The translations under genes and the position numbers were made by a program. Below the pieces are notes generated by a model that was given only the letters and a program-made list of their open reading frames with translations, was not told the DNA's origin and did no database searches. From the NCBI GenBank assembly GCA_963808455.1, contig CAWEHT010000143.1, positions 89 through 64,088 of the forward strand: a DNA stretch of 64,000 nt, in the 5' to 3' direction. How positions within the stretch are numbered: the stretch's first letter is position 1; each line of letters begins with the position of its first letter. Source of the stretch: an uncultured Chloroflexia bacterium (lineage in GTDB: Bacteria > Chloroflexota > Anaerolineae > CG2-30-64-16). Positions 1 to 9,560 of this stretch are shown here, in pieces.

Positions 1-7
1 CCATTTT

Positions 8-31
8 GATCATCGAAAACAGACCCACCCC
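8..31. repeat. IS21 terminal inverted repeat (istB-proximal end)
   Basis: reverse complement matches 2480-2503 at 22 of 24 positions. Confidence 0.75.
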
Positions 32-146
32 GATAAGCAGAGCGCTGTCCAGGCCGTCGTCGTAGCGGTAGCAGCAGGGGCTGTGGGTAAGTGCGTAACC
101 GCCATCTCTTTGGCGGTTATGCACTTATCCATCAGCCCGGTCGGGC

Positions 147-896
147 TCACGCCTGGTCTTGCTTCAGGCGTTGGCGGAAGCGGTACGATTCGCCAACCAG
201 TTCCAGGATGTGGGCGTGATGCGTCAAGCGGTCCAGCAGCGCCGCGGTCAGGCGTTCATCACCAAAGACCTGCGTCCAGTCTGCGAATTTGAGGTTACTG
301 GTGATGATCACCGCCACGCGCTCGTGCAAAGCCGAGCAGAAAGTAAACAGCGCCTGGGCAGCCGTGGGCGCAAAGGGGATGAAACCCAACTCGTCCAGGA
401 CGATCAGGTCCAGTTTGAGCGCCTGGGTACTGAAACGGTGCAGGCGGTGCTCGTCTTGGGCCTGGAGCAGCTCGTTGGCCAGGCTGGCGGCCGTCCAGAA
501 GCGCACCTTGCGGCCTTGGCGGCAAGCCAGCAGGGCCAACGCCGTCGCCACATGCGTTTTTCCCAAGCCCGGGTTGCCGATTAACAGGATAGGTTCGTGC
601 CGGGTGATGTACTCACCCCGGGCCAGGTCCAGGAGGTAAGCCTTGTTCAGGCTGGGCACCAGCGAGAAGTCGAAGTCGGCCAGCTCCCGCAGCACCGGGA
701 AGCGGGCGGCTTTGACCCGGCCCTGGTGCAGGCGCTGCTCACGCTGGTTCACCTCCTGTTCGGCCAGGGCCAGCAGGTAGCGCACGTGGTCCTGGTTGGT
801 GCGGGCGGCGTCGGCTGCAAAGGGGCGGTAGTAGGTCAGGAAATTCGTCAGGTGCAGCTGGCGCAGGTACGACTCCAAGAGCGCATCGCTGTCCAT
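147..896 (-). CDS. istB: IS21-family transposition helper ATPase IstB
   Basis: 249 aa; Walker A motif GNPGLGKTH; DnaC/IstB-like; immediately downstream of istA. Confidence 0.9.
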   Translation of the reverse strand: MDSDALLESYLRQLHLTNFLTYYRPFAADAARTNQDHVRYLLALAEQEVNQREQRLHQGRVKAARFPVLRELADFDFSLVPSLNKAYLLDLARGEYITRHEPILLIGNPGLGKTHVATALALLACRQGRKVRFWTAASLANELLQAQDEHRLHRFSTQALKLDLIVLDELGFIPFAPTAAQALFTFCSALHERVAVIITSNLKFADWTQVFGDERLTAALLDRLTHHAHILELVGESYRFRQRLKQDQA

Positions 897-899
897 GGC

Positions 900-2423
900 T
901 TACCTCCCGCCCGCGGAGGCCAGTAGGCGATCGTACTGGCCCAAGTTGACCGGCTGGACGCCAATGTCCTGTAATTGTGGGTAGCCACTCAAATCGAGGG
1001 CCACGGGCGCATGCTGGTCCGTCTCTAATTGGCGCAGGCACAGTTCCACGCCGTCCAGGTGGGCGGCGCCCAGCGCCAAGGCGGCGCGGATGGCCTGCTC
1101 GACGCGCTCAGCCGGGTGCGCCAGGTGCAGTTTGAGGATCGCCAGGAACTCGCGCAGGCCGCGACCGTCTGGCCAGGTGGCCCGCAGCTGCTGCAAGAGC
1201 TGTTCGTAGACCTCCGACCACTGGGCCCGCCAGCGCCGCATGGGGATGGCGTGCTCGAAGGCGCCGGGCCGTTGCGCCAGCAGCCCGAGATAGTGCAGCG
1301 GGTCCAGGATGTCCTGTTCCCGGCCCAGGCAGCGCACATGGGTGGCAATCACCGCATCCTGGGCCAGGATGTCCACGCGAAACACGTAGGCCCGCAGCAC
1401 CAGGGCGTCGGCCAGATGCTCGGTGGGCACCGAGTAACGATTGGTCTCGAAGACCACCTGGCTGTAAGGATTCGGTTTCACCGCGTGCGTGGTGCAAGCC
1501 TTGTAATCGCTCGTGGGCCGCGGCAGCAGCTGCGCCTTTTCGGCCGCCCACTGCTCGGCGACCGTGTGGTCTGCGCCGCGCACCCGGCGCTCGGCATTGG
1601 CCAGGCAAGCCTGCTCCAAATAGGCGTTCAACTCGCCAAAGGAGCCGACCTTGGGTACCGGCGAGAAGAAATTGCGCTGGATGAAACCCACATCGCTCTC
1701 GACGCCGCCTTTCTCGTGACCCTGGGCCGGCATGCAGTAGTAGCTGTCGAACAGATAATGGCTGCGAAAGCCGGTGAACGCCTGCTGTTCGCGCCGGTTG
1801 TGGCCTTTGAGCACCTGAAACACGGCCGTTTTCAAGTTGTCATAGGTGATCTGATGCGGCACACCCCCGAAAAAGCGAAAAGCCTGGACGTGACCCTCGA
1901 AAAAAGCTTCCTGCTTCTGGAACGGGAAGGCGATCACAAAACGCGCCCGCGAGTAATTCAGCCGCATCGCCAAGAACTGCACCGTGATACGCGCACCGCC
2001 CAACTCGACCTCGGCCTCCCCCCAATCCGCCTGGGCGTCCTGGCCGGGGTCGAATTCCAGCGGCAGGAAGACTTGGCGGGCTTGGCGGGCTTGCCGTTGC
2101 TGGCCGACGTAACGGCGCACGCTGATCTCGCTGCCCGCATAGCCCTCCTTCTGGATTTGCGTGTAAATGTTGTGCGCCGTGTAGCGCTGCTTGCGCCGCT
2201 GCCGGTCGCTCTCATCCAGCAACTCGGCGATCCGCGTCTTGTAGGGACCCAGGACGGGCGCCTCCCGCGGCGCCTGCAACAGGTAGCCTTGCGGCTCGGC
2301 CTGCGCCAACGCTTTGCGCACGACCACCCGGCCGTGATGAAACTGCTGAGAAATCTGCCGGACGCTGAGCCCTTCTCGCACGTGGGCCCGGCGCATGGCT
2401 TCGTAGTCTTCCACCTTAAGCAT
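900..2423 (-). CDS. istA: IS21-family transposase IstA
   Basis: 507 aa; N-terminal HTH; integrase (DDE) core; classic istA-istB arrangement. Confidence 0.9.
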   Translation of the reverse strand: MLKVEDYEAMRRAHVREGLSVRQISQQFHHGRVVVRKALAQAEPQGYLLQAPREAPVLGPYKTRIAELLDESDRQRRKQRYTAHNIYTQIQKEGYAGSEISVRRYVGQQRQARQARQVFLPLEFDPGQDAQADWGEAEVELGGARITVQFLAMRLNYSRARFVIAFPFQKQEAFFEGHVQAFRFFGGVPHQITYDNLKTAVFQVLKGHNRREQQAFTGFRSHYLFDSYYCMPAQGHEKGGVESDVGFIQRNFFSPVPKVGSFGELNAYLEQACLANAERRVRGADHTVAEQWAAEKAQLLPRPTSDYKACTTHAVKPNPYSQVVFETNRYSVPTEHLADALVLRAYVFRVDILAQDAVIATHVRCLGREQDILDPLHYLGLLAQRPGAFEHAIPMRRWRAQWSEVYEQLLQQLRATWPDGRGLREFLAILKLHLAHPAERVEQAIRAALALGAAHLDGVELCLRQLETDQHAPVALDLSGYPQLQDIGVQPVNLGQYDRLLASAGGR

Positions 2424-2479
2424 CTCCTGACCTCCGTCACCAATACGACACCTCGTTATGGTAACAGAGATCCCGCCCA

Positions 2480-2544
2480 GGTGGGCTTGTTTTCGATGAT
2501 CACTTTTCGCCCGGGTGGGCTCGTTTTAGAATATCAAAAACAGC
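2480..2544. repeat. IS21 terminal inverted repeats (istA-proximal end, two tandem copies)
   Basis: gggtgggcttgttttcgatgatca followed by gggtgggctcgttttagaatatcaaaaacag. Confidence 0.7.
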
Positions 2545-2662
2545 TATGGGTTGAGTTTACGCTGGAGACTTACTGCGGTATCCCGTTCCTCGCGTCCTTG
2601 CTGACTGTCGCTCTGGAAGGAGGGAGGCCCCCGATTTCCGCAGGAATGTTACAATTCGCCTA

Positions 2663-2691
2663 TTGACAGAGCCAAGCAGAGGTGGTAGTAT
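2663..2691 (+). promoter_or_regulatory. sigma70-like promoter (TTGACA, 17-nt spacer, TAGTAT) for the RraA-like/Ldh2/SDR operon
   Basis: perfect -35 hexamer; 17-bp spacer; same architecture as the promoter at 20597-20625. Confidence 0.45.
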
Positions 2692-2705
2692 TGGCATGAC
2701 CAGTT
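2690..2705 (+). promoter_or_regulatory. putative FadR-type GntR operator ATTGGCATGACCAGTT overlapping the -10 and +1 region
   Basis: identical 16-mer recurs at 20624-20639 in front of the GntR gene; the right half GACCAGTT equals the FadR-box half-site. Confidence 0.5.
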
Positions 2706-2727
2706 TCTCAGTTACCTAGATATCCAC

Positions 2728-3455
2728 ATGTGTGGAAATGCACAAGGAGAGAGCATTGTGGCCGCCTTGCCTTCGCACATCTTGGAAGCCCTTACTTGCA
2801 TCGACTCCCCCACGATCTCCAACGCTATCGAATCTTTCCAAGTGCGCGATCCGACTACCGGCTACGCGTCAATGGATATCCGCTGTCTGACCACGGATCT
2901 CCCGCCGATGGCCGGGTATGCTTTCACTGTCACCGCGGACAGCACCACAGCACTGCCCAGACGTGCCAACCGGGAGCCCGAGCTCTATGAAGCCCTGCTG
3001 GCGGCGCCCAAACCCGCCATCGTCGTGATCAAGGACGTCGGTCCTGTCCCAGCCCGCAGCTGTCATGCCGGCGACAACCTTTCCAGTATCTTCCAACGCC
3101 TGGGCGCGGTCGGTCTCATCACCGATGGTGGCATCCGCGATCTGAGCGGCATCCGCCAGCGCGCCCCGGTTTTCACGTCTATGCCCCCGGGCTGGTGGTT
3201 TCGCACGGCGTGCCCACCTTCCTGGAGTTCGGCGTGACCGTAAACATCGGTGGGATGACTGTGCAGCCCGGCGACCTGATCCATGGCGACGAAAATGGGC
3301 TTGTGGTCGTTCCCATCGAGATCGCGCCTCAGCTGATTGAGAGAGCACAGGCCATCCTTGCCAGAGAACGCGATCTGGTCAGCTTTGTCCACGGCGACGA
3401 GTTCTCTCTGCCGGACTTGGTGCGTCGTATGTACGGCAATAACGGTGGGCACTAG
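2728..3455 (+). CDS. RraA-family protein (4-hydroxy-4-methyl-2-oxoglutarate aldolase / RNase E inhibitor-like); frameshift near 3185
   Basis: motif GDNLSSIFQRLGAVGLITDGGIRD; C-terminal GMTVQPGDLIHGDENGLVVVP lies in a second frame (ORFs 2728-3237 and 3195-3455); likely true start is the GTG at 2758, after AGGAGAG. Confidence 0.7.
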
Positions 3456-3555
3456 CCTCTCCTTCTGCGCTGGCTCAGGACCTAAGTCGAGGCAGCCCAC
3501 CGGTGTAGCAGACTGTTCCCAAAGAACGCCGACGGCAACACAAGAAGAGGAATCA

Positions 3556-4621
3556 ATGCCGGTATTCACCCCTGAGTATCTAAGAAGCCTGACTGCGCAG
3601 GTCTTTGTGGCGCAGGGTGCAGTTGAAGCAGAAGCGGCCATCGTGGCCGAGCAATTGGTGGCCAGCAACCTGGCCGGGCTGGATTCGCACGGTGTCGTGC
3701 GCATCCCTCTTTACAGCCTCTGGAATCCGGGAGGGCACCATTGTCCCCGGTGCGCCGATCCGGGTTGTCAAGGAGGAAGGTGCAACGGCGGTGTTGGACT
3801 GTGGCGGCAACTTCGGCCAGGTGGGCGGCAGGCGGGCCACGGAGGTGGCGCTCGCCAAAGCGCGCGAGCACAAGGTCGCGTGTGTCGTGACGGTCAACTG
3901 CCGGCACGTGGGTCGCCTGGGCTATTTCACCGAGATGGCCAGCAGAGCTGGCTTCTTTGCTTTCGCATCGGTAAACAGCGCGCCGGCCGGACACGCCGTG
4001 GTGCCATTTGGGGGCCTGGCGGGACGCCTGTCGCCCAATCCGCTCTCCTACGGCGCGCCCGGTCTGGACCATCCCATCGTGGCCGATATGACCATGAGCA
4101 CGACGGCTCAAGGCAAAGTGGTGATTTGCCGCAACAAAGGTCAGCAGGCGCCAGAAGGTTGGATGATCGACGCGCAGGGACATCCCACCACGGATCCCGA
4201 TGTGCTTTTCCAGAAGCCGCGTGGATGGATCCTGCCAATGGGGGGAAACGTTGGTTACAAGGGCACTGCCCTGTTGTTGATGGCCGAGATCCTGAGCGGC
4301 GCACTCGGGGGCGTCTCCATCACAGACCCGGTGCTCGACGGCACCAACGGCCTTTGTTTGATCGTGATCGATGTCTCCGCTTTCGTGCCGCTGGAGCAGT
4401 TCAGAGCAGAAATGGCGGTGATAACCGACTACATTAAGTCGGCGCCGCCGGCGCCCGGCTTTGACGAAGTGCTGATGCCCGGGGAAATCGATGAGCGCAT
4501 CAAGGCCGATCGGGAAGCCAATGGCATTCCTGTTGACCCCGTGACGTGGCAAAGTATTCGGGAGACCGCGGAGTCTCTCGGGATATCGGTAGTTGAGCCC
4601 GTGCCGGCAGGGCAGGTATGA
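3556..4621 (+). CDS. Ldh2-family (malate/L-lactate/ureidoglycolate-type) NAD(P)-dependent dehydrogenase; frameshift near 3725
   Basis: N-terminal MPVFTPEYLRSL...GLDSHGVVRIP in frame 1, then the remainder in the 3605-4621 ORF with GYKGTALLLMAEILSGAL. Confidence 0.7.
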
Positions 4622-4727
4622 GTCTGGGCCTTGCAGTGAGCTGAGGGCCGCCAGTGGGCGTAGGGCAGCTTGTCCCAGGCCCAACGCGCAGGCGGCAGGC
4701 CCAGGTAACAAGGATGCGGGAGGGAGA

Positions 4728-5594
4728 ATGGCTGTGGCGAATTCGCCATCCTTTGGGGATTGGGCTGAAAAGACCGTTCTGGTAACGGGCGGCAGCAAGG
4801 GGATCGGCGAGGGTTGTGCGCGAGCTTTCTGTGGCTCAGGCGCTGCAGTGGTGATTTGCGCTCGAGGGCGCAACGCGGGGGAGAAACTGGCCGCCGAGCT
4901 GACGGCGCACGGCCCGGGCAAATGTACCTTTCTCCAGTGCGACGTTAGCCAGCCAGATCAGATCCGATCCGTGATCGACCAAACCGTCAACCGCTGTGGG
5001 CGGCTCGATGTGCTGGTGAATAACGCTGGCTACCACCCGCCGCACAAACCCATCGATGATTTCTCCGAACACGACCTGATGGATGTGCTTCAGACGAACC
5101 TGTTTAGCTACTTCGTGGCTGCTCGGCACGCCCTGCCGCATCTGCGCAAGGTGCGCGGCTGCATCGTCAATGTAGGTAGCCTGGTCAGCACCATGGGCCA
5201 GCAATTGGCTACGACCTACTGTGCCAGCAAGGCCGCGATCAGCGGCTTCAGTCGAGCGCTGGCCATCGAGGAGGCACGGCATGGAGTTCGGGTCAACGAG
5301 ATTTTGCCGGGCAACATCCTAACCCAGAGCCGCATGGACGGCGTCAGCCAAACGCCCAACGGGGCGGAAATAGACCGTTTGGTCGATAGTTGGCAATGGC
5401 CGGGCCGCAGCGGCGCTATCGAGGAAGTGGGGCAGGCTTGCCTGTTTCTGGCTAGCGATTGCGCTAGCTATATTACCGGCACACAGTTGATCATCAGCGG
5501 CGGCTCCGAGCTGGGTTACGGCATCAAGGCTCCCTGGAAGCTAGGGCTAGACTTGGAGCAGACCCTGTACCCCCGCCCGGTAGACCCACTGTAA
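4728..5594 (+). CDS. SDR-family oxidoreductase
   Basis: TGGSKGIG Rossmann motif; NNAG; catalytic YxxxK (YCASK). Confidence 0.8.
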   Translation: MAVANSPSFGDWAEKTVLVTGGSKGIGEGCARAFCGSGAAVVICARGRNAGEKLAAELTAHGPGKCTFLQCDVSQPDQIRSVIDQTVNRCGRLDVLVNNAGYHPPHKPIDDFSEHDLMDVLQTNLFSYFVAARHALPHLRKVRGCIVNVGSLVSTMGQQLATTYCASKAAISGFSRALAIEEARHGVRVNEILPGNILTQSRMDGVSQTPNGAEIDRLVDSWQWPGRSGAIEEVGQACLFLASDCASYITGTQLIISGGSELGYGIKAPWKLGLDLEQTLYPRPVDPL

Positions 5595-5783
5595 GGGCTT
5601 CCGAGCCCGTGTGGCCGGTGGCCGCTGACTTGCACCAACGGGCCAGGGCCAGCCGGTCGGCTGGCTGGCCGAAAGGAGGTGGGTGACATCGAACGAGTCC
5701 AGGCAGGTCAACAGGTGTGGTGCTGATCATTGCAAGCGTCTCTCATGCTAGTGGCGGCTTGTCCCTTCAAGGAGGGGGAGCAC

Positions 5784-7274
5784 ATGAAGTACCTCAGACT
5801 TTTCAGCATCCTGGTTGTAGTCAGCACAGCGTTCGTGGCCTGCGCGGCGCCGGCGGCGCCCACCGCGGCACCGGCAGCGCCCACCGCGGCACCGGCAGCG
5901 CCCACCGCGGTACCGGCAGCGCCCACCGCGGTACCGGCGGCCCCTACCGAGGCGCCGGCAGCAGTGGTTACTCCTACGCAGGCAGCGGCAGTTAGCTCCA
6001 CGCAGGCGGCGGTGCCAACGCTGACTGGCACGCTCAACTTCTGGGACCATCCGACGGCCTTCGATAGCACACAAGAGCAGAAGTTCTGGAGCGATTTCAA
6101 CGCGGCCTTCGAACAGAAGTATCCTGGCACCACGGTCAATCTGACATGGGTGCCATGGGACCAGGAGACCACGTCCAAGGTCAGCGCCATCCAGAGCGGC
6201 CAAGTGCCGGACATGAGCTTCATGGGGGTAGAAGAGTCTGTCGAGTTTGCCCAGATGGACGCCATCATCCCCGTGGATGATATGGTCCAGGAGATGGGTG
6301 GACCGCAGACCTTCACCGGTCTGCTGAAGAACGGCAAATGGAATGGGCACTACTGGGGCATGCCCTATCAGGAGGGTGGCTACCTTCTCTACGTGCGAAA
6401 GGACTTGCTGCAGAAGGCCGGCTATTCTGACCCTTGCCCCAAGACCTGGGATGACATGGTCAAGATGGCGCAAGCCATCAATGATCCTAAGAACAATGTG
6501 TACGGAATGGCCATGGACTACAGTGCTGGCAACGGTACCGCGCAACTCTATACCACCTTCTGGGCTGCGGGCGGCGGGCAGACTTTGGACCCGAACGACA
6601 AGGTTGCCGTCAACACGCCTGAGAATGCCAAGACGCTGCAGTTCTACACCGACCTGTGGCTCAAGTATCATCTGATGCCTCCGGGTGTCACGACCGTCAC
6701 CACCTATGGCACGTCAAGCGCAACTCCTATCGACGACTGGTACCTGGCGGGTCAGGTCGGGATGATGGTCCGCAACATGAGCAACGCCGTCGTCTGGGCG
6801 CAACAAAAACCGCCGATGTGGGCGAACACGCAGGTCTGCGAAATGCCCGTTGGCCCTTCGGGACACACCGGCACTTTCTCACAGCCTGGGGTCCTCTACA
6901 TCTTCAAGGGCGCGAAGAACCCGGAACTGGCCAAGGCGTACATCCGCTTCTTCTATCAGCCGGAGTGGCAGACGCGCTGGGCCCAGGTAGATGGGATCAT
7001 CCCACTCCTCAAAAGCACCCAGGTGCCAGGCGTGACTGACCAGTACTGGTACCCGTTCATTGTCGACGAACAGACGTATGGTGCTCGCCCGGGATTGTGG
7101 CAAACCGATCCCAAGAACATGGAGGCCACCAACTCGTTTTGGCCGGCGCTGATGGTCCAGGATGTCGTGCTGAAGGGGATGAGCGTAAGCGATGCCCTGG
7201 CAAAGTACCAGACGGTGGTTGAAAAGATCTATGGCCACGCTTGCTCGACTCTGGTAGCTGGCTGCTCGGGATAG
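5784..7274 (+). CDS. ABC transporter substrate-binding lipoprotein (CUT1 / sugar SBP family 1) with Ala/Pro/Thr-rich linker
   Basis: signal peptide with lipobox (FVAC); family-1 SBP body; followed by two permeases. Confidence 0.8.
   Translation: MKYLRLFSILVVVSTAFVACAAPAAPTAAPAAPTAAPAAPTAVPAAPTAVPAAPTEAPAAVVTPTQAAAVSSTQAAVPTLTGTLNFWDHPTAFDSTQEQKFWSDFNAAFEQKYPGTTVNLTWVPWDQETTSKVSAIQSGQVPDMSFMGVEESVEFAQMDAIIPVDDMVQEMGGPQTFTGLLKNGKWNGHYWGMPYQEGGYLLYVRKDLLQKAGYSDPCPKTWDDMVKMAQAINDPKNNVYGMAMDYSAGNGTAQLYTTFWAAGGGQTLDPNDKVAVNTPENAKTLQFYTDLWLKYHLMPPGVTTVTTYGTSSATPIDDWYLAGQVGMMVRNMSNAVVWAQQKPPMWANTQVCEMPVGPSGHTGTFSQPGVLYIFKGAKNPELAKAYIRFFYQPEWQTRWAQVDGIIPLLKSTQVPGVTDQYWYPFIVDEQTYGARPGLWQTDPKNMEATNSFWPALMVQDVVLKGMSVSDALAKYQTVVEKIYGHACSTLVAGCSG
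5848..5965 (+). repeat. about 5.5 tandem copies of a 21-bp repeat (ccggcagcgcccaccgcggca) encoding an AAPTAAP linker
   Basis: direct tandem repeats visible in the sequence; in frame within the SBP gene. Confidence 0.85.
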
Positions 7275-7395
7275 TGTCGTAGGTCCGCCGCGCTCATGTA
7301 GGCGTGGCGGCTTCTGAGCCAGGTCGGGGATCCATGAGCTCACTCGATCTGGCTCAGGCCGGTTTGATTTTCCCTGCGATAAGCTGGAGTCGCTT

Positions 7396-8265
7396 ATGTC
7401 TCACTCGAAAGCTCTGCCCTATCTTCTGCTGCTTCCAGCCGCGGTTCTGCTGCTGGCTGTCGTGCTCTATCCTATGGTCTATGGCGTTACACTGGCGCTG
7501 ACAGATAGGACACTTCTTACGTTTCATCCTAACTACGTCGGTCTCGATAACTTCAAGGCCATGCTCCAAGACGACAGGTTCATGCACGCGGCGCGCAATA
7601 GCGTGTCCTGGTCGGTGCTCACCGTCGTGGGGACCATGTTGTCGGGGTTTGCGCTGGCGCTCATCCTCAACAAGCAGTTCTTCGGCCAACGGTTCGCCCG
7701 TGGGATCCTGCTTGTGCCGTGGACCATTCCCTCTGTGGCACTTGCATTCGTATGGATCTGGCTGTATGACCCGCTGCTTGGCGTTTTCAACCAGATCATC
7801 CAGTTGCTAGGCGGCACGCGCATTGAGTTCCTGTCCAACATGAAGATGACCCAGGTCTGGGTCGCTGTAGCGGTAATCTGGCGCTACTATCCTTTCGTAA
7901 TGCTCATGCTGCTGGCCGGCCTGCAGGCAATCGACCGAGAACTCTACGAGGCAGCGGCGGTGGACGGTGCCAATGCCTGGCAGAAGTTTTGGAGCATAAC
8001 AGTCCCTGGCATTCGGGCTATCTTTGGCCTCGTAACGGTTCTGGAATTCATCTGGCTATTCAACCACATAGACGTAATCTGGATCATGACCGGCGGCGGG
8101 CCAGCGGATGTTAGCCATACGCTGGCCACCTACGCTTACTACGTTGGCTTCAGGGAGTTTCAGTACGCTTATGCTGCGGCCATCGGTGTGGTCATGATGG
8201 TGATCCTGGCCATATCGGCCCTTGTTTACTTGCATATGCAGGAGCGTGTGGAGGTCGAACTATGA
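7396..8265 (+). CDS. ABC transporter permease (MalF/UgpA-like)
   Basis: six predicted TM helices; EAAxxDGA permease signature (EAAAVDGANAWQ). Confidence 0.8.
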   Translation: MSHSKALPYLLLLPAAVLLLAVVLYPMVYGVTLALTDRTLLTFHPNYVGLDNFKAMLQDDRFMHAARNSVSWSVLTVVGTMLSGFALALILNKQFFGQRFARGILLVPWTIPSVALAFVWIWLYDPLLGVFNQIIQLLGGTRIEFLSNMKMTQVWVAVAVIWRYYPFVMLMLLAGLQAIDRELYEAAAVDGANAWQKFWSITVPGIRAIFGLVTVLEFIWLFNHIDVIWIMTGGGPADVSHTLATYAYYVGFREFQYAYAAAIGVVMMVILAISALVYLHMQERVEVEL

Positions 8266-9170
8266 CAAAGGCGATAGAACTCCGGCCGCCAACTCGGGTT
8301 GACCACTGGCCGCCAGCCAGGCGCACGGTGACGGGCAGGCGGATCTGGAGAACCGTGCGCAGCCTTCCGCTCTATCTCGCGATGGTGCTCATCATCCTGT
8401 GTTTCGTGTATCCTATCTGGGTCGCGGTGGACACCTCCATCAAGCCGGCCTATCAGCTGCGGACTTTCCCGACCAGTCTGTTTACTACCAGGCCCACATT
8501 CGAGAAGTACGCCGAAGCCTTAGGCCCGTTGCAATTTCCCCACTACATGGGGAACACGGTGTTTATTGCCGTGTTGACCACCCTGCTCGGCGTGTCCGTG
8601 GGCAGTCTGGCCGGGTATTCCCTCTCCCGCTTCCGGTTCAGGGGCAGACAGTTCTTCTCCCGCAGCGTCCTTTTCATCTACATGTTTCCGTCCATGCTGC
8701 TGTTGATACCTCTGTATCTTATGCTCACAAGCCTCAGGGTGCGGGATACTCTTTGGGCCCTTGTGGTATGTGACACGACGTTTGCATTGCCTTTTTCGAT
8801 ATGGATGCTGAAGAGCTTCTTCGATACAGTGCCGCGTGAGCTTGACGATGCGGCGCTGATCGATGGCTGCTCGCCCCTCGGCGCGCTTTTCCGCGTCATC
8901 TTGCCCGTATCAGGGCCAGGCGTGATGGCTACAGCGGTGTTTGCTTTCATGTTGGCCTGGGGCGAGTATCTCTTCGCCGTGACACTTATCACTACTCAAA
9001 GTTACCAGCCTATCAGTGTCGCCGTTTATGCGACGATGCAGCCGTTTGCCCTGGATCCTGGCATGCTGATGGCTATTTCTGTCATCTCAGCCGTGCCTCC
9101 AGTAATCTTCTTCTTCGCGGCCCAGAAGTGGATTGTGCAGGGCCTGACGGCCGGAGCCATTAAAGGTTGA
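8262..9170 (+). CDS. ABC transporter permease (MalG/UgpE-like)
   Basis: ATGA start overlap with the upstream permease; motif DDAALIDGCSPLGALFRVILP. Confidence 0.8.
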   Translation: MTKAIELRPPTRVDHWPPARRTVTGRRIWRTVRSLPLYLAMVLIILCFVYPIWVAVDTSIKPAYQLRTFPTSLFTTRPTFEKYAEALGPLQFPHYMGNTVFIAVLTTLLGVSVGSLAGYSLSRFRFRGRQFFSRSVLFIYMFPSMLLLIPLYLMLTSLRVRDTLWALVVCDTTFALPFSIWMLKSFFDTVPRELDDAALIDGCSPLGALFRVILPVSGPGVMATAVFAFMLAWGEYLFAVTLITTQSYQPISVAVYATMQPFALDPGMLMAISVISAVPPVIFFFAAQKWIVQGLTAGAIKG

Positions 9171-9208
9171 GTGGCCAGTCTGCAAGCTACTGTGGAGGCA
9201 AGTCTGTC

Positions 9209-9532
9209 ATGAGGCGCTTCGGCACGGTCCTGAGGTTGAAACCTGGCAAACTCGACGAATACAGGGAGTGGCACCGCCATGTCTGGCCCGAGATCCAGCA
9301 ACTAGGCCACGAATGTGGCATCCGTAACCAGACCATCTACCATCGCGACGGTTATCTGTTTCGCTACTTCGAATACGTCGGCGACGACTGGGAGGAGGAT
9401 GTAGCCAGGATGGCCGCCAATCCCAAGAACGCCGAATGGTGGGATATCATGATGCCGCTGCAAGAACCTATCGCGACGGCGAAAGAGGGCGAGTGGTGGG
9501 TTGACATGGAGGAAATCGGTCACTGGGATTGA
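9209..9532 (+). CDS. L-rhamnose mutarotase family protein (RhaM/YiiL-like)
   Basis: collinear with RhaM (DEYxxxHxxxWPE ... WW); about 107 aa from the ATG at 9209. Confidence 0.75.
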   Translation: MRRFGTVLRLKPGKLDEYREWHRHVWPEIQQLGHECGIRNQTIYHRDGYLFRYFEYVGDDWEEDVARMAANPKNAEWWDIMMPLQEPIATAKEGEWWVDMEEIGHWD

Positions 9533-9560
9533 TCGGCCTCAGTTTCCACAAGGGGTGGCC

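Larger units (their letters stand above)
1..2545 (-). mobile_element. IS21-family insertion sequence (istA-istB) with multi-copy terminal inverted repeats; its distal end lies at or just outside the window start
   Basis: istA and istB pair on the minus strand; terminal inverted repeat at 8-31 (tgatcatcgaaaacagacccaccc) versus 2480-2503 (gggtgggcttgttttcgatgatca), plus a second degenerate copy at 2514-2544, as is typical of IS21 ends. Confidence 0.8.

Noticed and set aside
1029-2666. 545-aa plus-strand ORF antisense to istA, and many other long antisense or alternate-frame ORFs (e.g. 36310-37650, 53522-54658, 3566-4921)
   Set aside because: High-GC DNA yields long stop-free frames; these have no recognisable motifs, low-complexity Arg/Ala/Pro/Gly-rich translations, and overlap well-supported genes on the other strand or in another frame.
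2690-2705. sigma54 (-24/-12) promoter reading of TGGCATGACCAGTT
   Set aside because: The GG to GC spacing does not fit the TGGCAC-N5-TTGC consensus; a sigma70 -35/-10 pair with correct 17-nt spacing sits immediately upstream, which makes an operator interpretation more likely.
5848-5965. Possible CRISPR array or VNTR (tandem 21-bp repeats)
   Set aside because: The repeats are contiguous without spacers, lie in frame inside the SBP gene and encode an Ala/Pro/Thr linker; they are not a CRISPR array.
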